64,000 nucleotides of DNA from Candidatus Omnitrophota bacterium (GTDB lineage: Bacteria > Omnitrophota > Gorgyraeia > B26-G9). A program made the translations under genes and the position numbers. Each line of letters begins with the position of its first letter. The stretch's first letter is position 1. The stretch is taken from contig JBDRJV010000022.1 in assembly GCA_043814605.1 (NCBI GenBank), positions 85,305 to 149,304 of the forward strand, given 5' to 3'. This document shows positions 57,283-64,000 of this stretch, in pieces. Under the pieces are notes generated by a model. That model was not told where the DNA came from. It searched no databases and saw only the letters and a program-made list of their open reading frames with translations.

Positions 57283-58413
57283 TTAAATATTATTAAAAAG
57301 CAACTTGCTTTTATTAATCGAAAGAAATTTTTTCTGCCAAAAATCGCAGAAATTTTGCCAAATTTCCGAGTTCACCTGGTCTTTAATGGATTTTATGGAT
57401 GCTAATATTTTAAGCACAGCATCAATATTATTTTCCTGCCAAAAAATCTGAGCCTGTGTATCCAAATAATAGAATTGTTTGGCTGTTTGAAATTCTAGAG
57501 CCTTGTTAACATAATTATGCGCCTGATCCAGGTTTCCCTGTTTTAAATACACAAAAGCCAGATTATTATAAGCATCAGCAAAATTTTTATCTAATGCTAA
57601 TGCCTTTAAATATATTTCTTCTGCTTTTCCGTAAGATTCCTGTTTTAAATAAATATTTCCTAAATTAAAAAACACTTCTGCTTTTTTTTCATTTGATGCC
57701 TCAAAACTAACCAGCTGATTATAATATTGAATGGCTTGATCATCTTGCTGATTTTTCTCAAGCCAAAGCGCTAACTCAAAATAATCTTCCTTTTTAAAAT
57801 CATGCGGTATTTTATCCAAGGGAATAATCTCCAGCATCCAATTTCCCGCCGCATACCAATTCCTCAAAAACCCCTGGTAACTGCGTTTGTTAAAAGCATG
57901 TTTTCCATCATGCTGAAAAATTATTTTTTTCTCATCGTCAAAACCCACAATTATTACATAATGCCGTTTATTAAAAATATAGGGATGCAATTTTTCAATA
58001 GCTATCACCGGAATCCCGGATTTTAACCTGGTTTTGACCTGCTTAAAATCAGCAGAATATCCTTTGGCCCAAAATCCCTGCTCTTTAGCATATTGTTCCA
58101 GGTCAATATTTAATACGCCGCAAAGTTCCGGATAAAAAATGCGTTCGGCTATTTTTTCCTGGCTATGATCCGGCTTCTGATCCTGGCACCAATAATTAAA
58201 AACCGCCGCCAGAGCTGCCGGGCCGCAATAAGATTCTTTTTGTTTGATAAAAGGAACATTTAGTAAAACTTTTAAGTCTTCAATATAAAAATTTTGGGAA
58301 TAATTTTCCGGATGAGTTTTCCGACAAAGGCTGCAGCCAGATAAAAGCAGTAAAAATATTAACAGGAGAACAATCTGTTCTCCTGTTAAAAATTTTTTAA
58401 ACATTCTCAGCAT
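57283..58413 (-). CDS. Lipoprotein with papain-like C39-type cysteine peptidase domain (PA2778-like) followed by TPR repeats
   Basis: Signal peptide plus lipobox LLSGC; ESYCGPAALAAVFNYW catalytic Cys motif, HYVIIVGFD His; C-terminal TPR-like repeats (AEVFFNLGNIYLKQESYGKAEEIYLKALALD, ADAYNNLAFVYLKQGNLDQA). Confidence 0.7.
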   Translation of the reverse strand: MLRMFKKFLTGEQIVLLLIFLLLLSGCSLCRKTHPENYSQNFYIEDLKVLLNVPFIKQKESYCGPAALAAVFNYWCQDQKPDHSQEKIAERIFYPELCGVLNIDLEQYAKEQGFWAKGYSADFKQVKTRLKSGIPVIAIEKLHPYIFNKRHYVIIVGFDDEKKIIFQHDGKHAFNKRSYQGFLRNWYAAGNWMLEIIPLDKIPHDFKKEDYFELALWLEKNQQDDQAIQYYNQLVSFEASNEKKAEVFFNLGNIYLKQESYGKAEEIYLKALALDKNFADAYNNLAFVYLKQGNLDQAHNYVNKALEFQTAKQFYYLDTQAQIFWQENNIDAVLKILASIKSIKDQVNSEIWQNFCDFWQKKFLSINKSKLLFNNI

Positions 58414-58535
58414 AAAATTAAAAACTCTACATTGATTTTATCCCGCACGCTTTAAAAATATCCCTTTAGAGCAAAGGAATGAAAGCTGATCTGCGGGATT
58501 CCGCTCAAAACCCCGGGCTTTATCCCGGGTGAGCT

Positions 58536-58940
58536 TCATTTACGGCGGGGTTGCAGTTTAAACCCGTAATCCGCAAAATAAAGCACACACATTGCCACAA
58601 GTAAAATTACCAAGAGCACTGTAATCCCTGAATTTCCAGCAGATTCAATTGTTTCAATACGTGCGGCTAAATTCTGTATTTGCCCGCTGTCTAATTGAGA
58701 AATATATTCTGCTGTCGCTTCTGGGGTTAAGCCCATTTTAGATAATTTTTTCTGGATAATTTCTTGATTAAGAAAACTTTGAATTTTCTCAGCATAAAGG
58801 CTCTGAGTGGATGTTGACTGCAGCGTAATTTGGGAATCAACAGGCATTGCCAAGCAATTGCCCGGTGAAATTCCGCAAAGCACAGCTAAGGTAAGCATTA
58901 ACTTTAAAATCCCTTTTCTTTTCAATAATGCTCCAAGCAT
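58536..58940 (-). CDS. Small exported protein with N-terminal signal peptide and C-terminal TM anchor (PA2779-like partner of the C39-like peptidase)
   Basis: 134 aa; strong GGAGG SD; hydrophobic N-terminus and C-terminal ITVLLVILLVAMCVLYF helix. Confidence 0.5.
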   Translation of the reverse strand: MLGALLKRKGILKLMLTLAVLCGISPGNCLAMPVDSQITLQSTSTQSLYAEKIQSFLNQEIIQKKLSKMGLTPEATAEYISQLDSGQIQNLAARIETIESAGNSGITVLLVILLVAMCVLYFADYGFKLQPRRK

Positions 58941-59156
58941 ATTCTTCCTCCTCTGGTTAAAGAATACATTATTTCTTAAAGATTAATAACCTATCTCAAA
59001 TTATTTCTTTTTACCCGCAGCTTTTCTCAGCTTAATAATAACACATTTTAAAAAAATTAGTCAATAAACATTTTTCCATTATTTTTAACATATATTTTAA
59101 TAAAAATAGACGCTAAAAATTAAAATAATTTATTTTATCTAATGATTCCCCCAAAT

Positions 59157-60836
59157 TTATTCAAACTGTTTAAAATGTATAATATTATGATCCTGTAAAA
59201 TATATTTCAATAATGTTTTCAAAATCCCTAGGCCGTAGATAATTGCCGGCCACAATTTTATACTGGAGGCTTCATCAAAATAACGCGTACGAATCGGGAT
59301 TTCTTCTATCTTGCAATAATTTATTATTGCCTGAACAATAATTTCAAAATCAAAAACAAAACTATCAGCATTATCATTAAATTTAACATTTTTCAAAAAT
59401 TGCGCACTATAAGCCCTAAAGCCGGAATGATATTCACTCAGATAAGTTTTAAGAATTACATTCGATAATGCGGTCAAGAGAATATTCACATTATGTTTCC
59501 AAAGCGGCATGCCTCCGATTAAAGCCCCTCCTTTGAGCATCCGGGATCCAAAAACAGCATCTGCCTGACCGGATTGAATCGGCGCGATTAAATCCGGGAC
59601 AACCCGCGGATCATACTGATAATCAGGGTGAATCATCACTACAATATCCGCCCCTAATTCCAGAGCTTTCTTATAACACGTTTTTTGATTAGCCCCATAT
59701 CCCTGATTTCTTTTATGCACATAAGTTTTAATGCCTAATTCTTTTGCAATTAAAACAGTCGCATCTGTACTCGCATCATCAACTAAAATAATTTCATCCG
59801 TAATATCTTTGGGGATATCATCATACGTTGCTTTTAATGTCTTTGCGGCATTATAAGCCGGAAGCACTACAACAGTCTTCATTTTTTTCCTTATATCCTG
59901 CGAATCAGTTTCCAGTTCACTCAGATACTCTAAAGACCGGCGTTTAACAGCAAAGACCTCTATCTGATCCCTAAAATTTATATTGATTAGCAATTTTTCC
60001 AACCCGCTTATCCGGCTAAAAAACCGCAAAATAAGGTAAATAATTTTACTGTAAGGCCTGGTTCTTTCCAGCCAATATTTGCCGGAAAAACTGCGTGCAT
60101 ATAAACCCCACCGGCAGCTTTTAAAACCCGCTGCATCCAGTAATTTATTCAAAGTTTTTTTAGAAAAATAAAATAAATGATGCTGATTAATCCCCCACCA
60201 CTTTGCCCGCAGCAAGCGGCTGGCTATGCTTTCGATATCCGGGGTATTGATATAAACAACTCCGCGGGGTTTTAAGATTCTTCTGATTTCAATCAAAAGG
60301 TTTCGCGGATCTAAAATATGCTCGATTGTATCATGCAACACAATAACATCATAAAAATTACCCGGTAGTTTTGCTTGCTTTAGTGTTGTCGGCTTCACTT
60401 CTAAACCAAGTTTATCTCGCGCAAATTGTACTGCCCAACGAGAAAGCTCAACCCCGGAAACTTCCCAGCCTTTTTTTCTGGCTTCATCCAGAAAAAACCC
60501 CGTACTACACCCCACATCTAATAAAGCGCTGCCTCTTTTTTTATATATTTCTAGTTTCTTAAGAACTAACCGCGCTGTTCTTCTTCTGCCTGATTCCTCT
60601 TCCAGATATTTTTCATCAATCATTTCCTGGTACTGAGTCAATATTTTATCCGCATTTTCTCCCTGCGGGACAAAAACCAAGCCGCAAGTTACACACTTAA
60701 TTATTTTTTCCGGAGGAATTAAATTTTCTTCTGTAATTAAATACGAATTTTTATTGTCTAAATTTGTCTTTTTCTTTGATCTATACACAATAATATAATG
60801 CTTTGATCCGCATAAATTACAAATTATCTCTTGCAT
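59157..60836 (-). CDS. Fusion: N-terminal Zn-ribbon plus class I SAM-dependent methyltransferase, C-terminal family 2 glycosyltransferase (polyprenyl-phosphate sugar synthase-like)
   Basis: CNLCGS...CVTCG; LLDVGCSTGFFLDEARKKGWEVSGVELS (MTase motif I); VVVLPAYNAAKTLKATYDDIP...LVDDASTDAT (GT2). Confidence 0.8.
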   Translation of the reverse strand: MQEIICNLCGSKHYIIVYRSKKKTNLDNKNSYLITEENLIPPEKIIKCVTCGLVFVPQGENADKILTQYQEMIDEKYLEEESGRRRTARLVLKKLEIYKKRGSALLDVGCSTGFFLDEARKKGWEVSGVELSRWAVQFARDKLGLEVKPTTLKQAKLPGNFYDVIVLHDTIEHILDPRNLLIEIRRILKPRGVVYINTPDIESIASRLLRAKWWGINQHHLFYFSKKTLNKLLDAAGFKSCRWGLYARSFSGKYWLERTRPYSKIIYLILRFFSRISGLEKLLININFRDQIEVFAVKRRSLEYLSELETDSQDIRKKMKTVVVLPAYNAAKTLKATYDDIPKDITDEIILVDDASTDATVLIAKELGIKTYVHKRNQGYGANQKTCYKKALELGADIVVMIHPDYQYDPRVVPDLIAPIQSGQADAVFGSRMLKGGALIGGMPLWKHNVNILLTALSNVILKTYLSEYHSGFRAYSAQFLKNVKFNDNADSFVFDFEIIVQAIINYCKIEEIPIRTRYFDEASSIKLWPAIIYGLGILKTLLKYILQDHNIIHFKQFE

Positions 60837-62811
60837 CAGTTAACCTCAATTTTTTATTTAAAATAGTTAATTCATCATCCGCCGGATTATCCGACTCAAA
60901 ATCATCTCGATAAAAAGGAATTACTTCCTGATCATCACCCGTTACTAAACTAATATTCACACTATATTCGCTTTCCTTAATATTATCAGGAACAAATAAA
61001 GAATAATATTCTTGAACAATAATACCCTGCCCCCAGGCATAAGTAGGAAATATTCTATAGCATAAAGGCCTTATCGTCTTATAACAAAGCTGCCCTTCCT
61101 TATTTTTAATTGTAATAATCATTTTGTAATCACTCTGAATTTTCTCCAAAGCTTTCCAGAAAAACATTAGTTCAATTTTTTGCCCTCCCGGGATATTCAT
61201 TGTCTTTAATTCTTGATAGCCCAGAAACATCAGCCCCTCTTTTGTCTGGGCTTCTCTTAAAGAAACCGCTGAATCCTGAGGCATATTTCTTAAAACTTTA
61301 AAAAGCCTTTGTTTGTTTTTATGTCCGTTTTTTAAAAGCAAAATATTATCCAGTGTTTCTACAATTCCCCATTTATTTGATTTAAAAAAATTAACCATGT
61401 TTGCCTCAGACCTTCCCTTACGATAAAAAGCATTCATCCCGATAGGATCGTTGACATCCAGCAACGCATATTCAATATTTTCCGGTAAAACATACGGCTT
61501 GTAAGAGAGAGTATGAAATCCATTGACCACATAGTGAAATGAATATAATTCTTTCCGATTAGATAGTTGAGGTAAAAAATTAAAGGTAGCAATTACGCTT
61601 GCTGTTTGCGGAATCATCTTTACAAAATTTTCCTTTTGATCATCGAATAGATCACGGTTTGTTTTATTTTTATTAAAAATTATTTCAACAAAAGGGCCAA
61701 AACTGACTGCACAAGTAAAACTGGCGGTGATTAAAAATATTCCGATAATTTCAAAACGTATATTTTTCTTTATCCAGGGAAAGTTCAATAATCTTTTTAT
61801 GCCATAAATCGCCGAGATGAAAATAAACGGCAGCATCTCTGCATCATAATGATATTCAATCAGATATTCAGCCAATCGCGTTGAGAGTAAATGCTGCAGA
61901 AAAACTAAACCTAAAATTAAAATGCGTCCGTCTAGTAGTGAAAAAAAACATACCGGGGCAAATAATTTAAACAGAAACTGGAGCTTTTCCGGGGTAAAAA
62001 TTATATTAATTACCTTTAAAGGATGCATTATAATAAACCCCGTAATTTCCGGTAAAGAATTGCCTAAATGCCGATATATTGTTGAAAATTGAATTGTATC
62101 TTTGTTAAAATGCGGTATCAATATTCCTACCGTAAACAAAAACCAAAATCCGCCTGATAATAGGGGCACTAGCCACCATTTTAAACTTCGTTTTTTGCAA
62201 GCTGCAAAGATACCAAAAGGTATAATTATTAGCGCGATATTTTCCTGAGAAAGCAAGGCCAGCCACATGAATAAAACAAAAATTCTAAATTTATGCTTTA
62301 TAAAAAAATAAAACATAAACGTTAAAAAAGCTGTTGAAAAAACCGTCACATGGAACTCATATAATGCTGTATAGCCCATTGCCGGATAAAGCAAATACGC
62401 AATAACTACAAATAATCCTATCTGCCCATTAAGTTCATCCCGCGCAATTAAAAAAAGCGGATAAGCGGTTAAAGCCAGAAAAAATATTTGCAGAAATACT
62501 AAAGTCAGCGGGCTTTGCAGAAAAATATATAAAGGTGCAAATAAAAATAAAATGAGATGTGCGTGGTGGCCTAAAAAATTTACACCTAGGATAGAAGTAA
62601 AGGAAGAGCCGTGCACAATATTCCAAAGAATATGATTATACGCAGCTAAATCCATATCCAGATAATCAAAACAATAATAGCGGCGAAAACACACAAAGCT
62701 CAATATGCCGGCATAAATACCTATCAAGCTGAAAACAATCCAATCGTAAATATTAATCTTTTTTTGTGTAGACTTCACAAGTTCCATGTGTTTTTTTAAT
62801 TGTGCCCTCAT
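60817..62811 (-). CDS. Large polytopic membrane protein, DUF2079/GT-C-like putative glycosyltransferase, with C-terminal soluble domain
   Basis: 664 aa, >10 TM helices in first ~430 aa, 20-bp overlap with downstream MTase-GT2 gene. Confidence 0.5.
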   Translation of the reverse strand: MRAQLKKHMELVKSTQKKINIYDWIVFSLIGIYAGILSFVCFRRYYCFDYLDMDLAAYNHILWNIVHGSSFTSILGVNFLGHHAHLILFLFAPLYIFLQSPLTLVFLQIFFLALTAYPLFLIARDELNGQIGLFVVIAYLLYPAMGYTALYEFHVTVFSTAFLTFMFYFFIKHKFRIFVLFMWLALLSQENIALIIIPFGIFAACKKRSLKWWLVPLLSGGFWFLFTVGILIPHFNKDTIQFSTIYRHLGNSLPEITGFIIMHPLKVINIIFTPEKLQFLFKLFAPVCFFSLLDGRILILGLVFLQHLLSTRLAEYLIEYHYDAEMLPFIFISAIYGIKRLLNFPWIKKNIRFEIIGIFLITASFTCAVSFGPFVEIIFNKNKTNRDLFDDQKENFVKMIPQTASVIATFNFLPQLSNRKELYSFHYVVNGFHTLSYKPYVLPENIEYALLDVNDPIGMNAFYRKGRSEANMVNFFKSNKWGIVETLDNILLLKNGHKNKQRLFKVLRNMPQDSAVSLREAQTKEGLMFLGYQELKTMNIPGGQKIELMFFWKALEKIQSDYKMIITIKNKEGQLCYKTIRPLCYRIFPTYAWGQGIIVQEYYSLFVPDNIKESEYSVNISLVTGDDQEVIPFYRDDFESDNPADDELTILNKKLRLTDARDNL

Positions 62812-62998
62812 GAATTCAATATAAGTATTTTGAATTTTATTGTAACATACAATCTATAATACTAAAAGTACAAACTAGCGGAACCAAAAACAAGCGTCTG
62901 ACTGTTTTTTCTCGTTCTGGACATTAACCAGGCTGGGGAATGGGTAACGTTGACTTTCAGACTTTTTATGATATAATTCAATTACTTAATTTATCCAG

Positions 62999-63019
62999 GC
63001 AACAGGTTACAGGTAGCAA
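62999..63019. repeat. Heptamer array of the same GGNWACA family (GGCAACA GGTTACA GGTAGCA) upstream of tRNA-Glu
   Basis: Read directly; 3 units. Confidence 0.65.
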
Positions 63020-63071
63020 GCTCTGAAAATAATATTATCTTAAAAACTTATAAACTTACATACCAAAAATT

Positions 63072-63149
63072 GGCCCCATCGTCTAGTCTGGCCTAGGACG
63101 CTAGATTCTCATTCTAGTAACACGGGTTCGAATCCCGTTGGGGCTACCA
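63072..63149 (+). tRNA. tRNA-Glu (anticodon CTC), CCA encoded
   Basis: GGCCCCATCGTCTAGTCTGGCCTAGGACGCTAGATTCTCATTCTAG...CGGGTTCGAATCCCGTTGGGGCTACCA cloverleaf by eye. Confidence 0.88.
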
Positions 63150-63155
63150 AAAAAT

Positions 63156-63944
63156 TTAAATTGATCTCTCCAGCAACTCCGAAAAATTTATTTCAGATAA
63201 AAGTTTTAATTTTTTTTGCCTTTGCAACTTAAAGTTCATTTTACCGGATAATAATTGCAAAGGATCAGAGAAATCTGCCTTACGAAATTGTTCATCATAA
63301 AATCTCGTTACATCGCGCGGCAATTGTAAAAAACTTACGTGTAAGTGTGCAATTCCTAAAGAAAACCCTTCCCCAATTATATGCTCACGTATTTCTTCCG
63401 TCCCGATCAAACCTATTACTTGAGACTTATTAAGCCACATCCCTACTTCTAACCCGATTGGCTCGGTATGCGCATAAGCACTGACCAATTGCTTTTCCAG
63501 AAAACGATCGGTATGGCGAACAAAAATTGTATTACCAGAAATAGCCGCAACTATTCCATCAGCGATTACACTAACCGGAATTCCGAACCCTATTTTTTTA
63601 ACTCTACTATCAACAGTTAAATACACCCCTAAATCAATCCCCGAATGACTTTTATCCCTCTTCCCATTATTCATAACTTTGCCTTTGCGAAAATACCAAT
63701 TTTTTGTAGTATCATACAAGGCTCCTTCCGGCAATATCCAGGATTGAAAATCATTTGGTAAATTTTCTTCTAATATCACCGGGCCGGCATTTCTCATTAC
63801 TGTTTGCCAATCCTGGGCAAAAAAGAATGCAGAATCTGCGGCAACTTGCGGTTCCTGATAATAATCAGCAAAATATTTCCGGTAAGAAAAATTAAAGATA
63901 AAAGTCTCTGCATAATTTGTTTTCTGCCCCTTAAGAAAATTCAA
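63156..63944 (-). CDS. M23-family (LytM-domain) metallopeptidase
   Basis: HSGIDLGV (HxxxD) and GIAHLHVSF (HxH) motifs. Confidence 0.75.
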   Translation of the reverse strand: MNFLKGQKTNYAETFIFNFSYRKYFADYYQEPQVAADSAFFFAQDWQTVMRNAGPVILEENLPNDFQSWILPEGALYDTTKNWYFRKGKVMNNGKRDKSHSGIDLGVYLTVDSRVKKIGFGIPVSVIADGIVAAISGNTIFVRHTDRFLEKQLVSAYAHTEPIGLEVGMWLNKSQVIGLIGTEEIREHIIGEGFSLGIAHLHVSFLQLPRDVTRFYDEQFRKADFSDPLQLLSGKMNFKLQRQKKLKLLSEINFSELLERSI

Positions 63945-64000
63945 ATAATCTTCCCAGATTAGCCGGTAAAATTCCCTTCCTACTTTCCCTCTTAAATAAC

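Noticed and set aside
57175-57405. 76-aa plus-strand ORF in the giant-gene leader
   Set aside because: Overlaps the GC-rich structured element and the 3' end of the C39-like gene. Its R/P/G-rich translation is what a GC-rich non-coding hairpin region would produce. Treated as non-coding
62435-62626. 63-aa ORF
   Set aside because: Internal out-of-frame ORF within the DUF2079-like membrane protein gene
19058-63019. CRISPR array interpretation of the short tandem repeats
   Set aside because: Units are 7 nt and directly tandem with no spacers, arrays are only 21-35 bp, and no cas genes are present

Overview
AT-rich (roughly one-third GC) bacterial chromosomal segment with almost all genes on the minus strand. 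Gene content (class III anaerobic RNR with NrdG, NrdR, Sua5-rpiB-glyA synteny, SD-led genes) suggests a low-GC anaerobe. That taxonomic reading is inference only. Layout: (i) 26-24961, a ~25 kb surface-glycan locus. It contains six GT2 genes, one frameshifted GT4, a Wzx-like flippase, two B12-binding radical SAM enzymes, a CDP-3,6-dideoxyhexose pathway (RfbF, RfbG, RfbH) with a ThDP enzyme and a reductase embedded (possible branched sugar), a WbpB/WbpE/WbpD-like trio for a diacetamido sugar, and Ugd plus UDP-xylose synthase. (ii) 25144-28103, a LarE-like PP-loop protein and hisF-hisH. The hisA slot between them is occupied by an Avd-like four-helix-bundle gene and a 109-bp tandem duplication of the hisF 5' end. 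(iii) 28238-30509, plus-strand GT2 and an SPL-family radical SAM. (iv) 30579-32243, a frameshifted IS256-family transposase and tRNA-Phe. (v) 32315-41457, anaerobic RNR (nrdD, nrdG, nrdR, grx-like), dCMP deaminase, glyA, rpiB and a TsaC-LMW-PTP fusion. (vi) 41499-51656, a purine operon (purE, purD, purM, purQ, purS-purS-purL fusion, purB) interrupted by a membrane GAF-degenerate-GGDEF gene. (vii) 51810-58940, an operon of a small secreted/TM protein, a C39-like cysteine-peptidase lipoprotein with TPRs and a 1737-aa secreted alpha-helical repeat giant protein. This is the best candidate for an undescribed system. (viii) 59157-62811, a methyltransferase-GT2 fusion and a DUF2079-like GT-C membrane protein. 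(ix) tRNA-Glu and an M23 peptidase. Genome-wide oddity: at least ten GC-enriched tandem arrays of degenerate heptamers (4-5 units each). Several are inserted in-frame in hisF, hisH and a radical SAM gene. Others form inverted pairs in pur intergenic regions. Two probable homopolymer-linked frameshifts (GT4 at A11, purB at A5/6) and one non-homopolymer frameshift (transposase) are noted.
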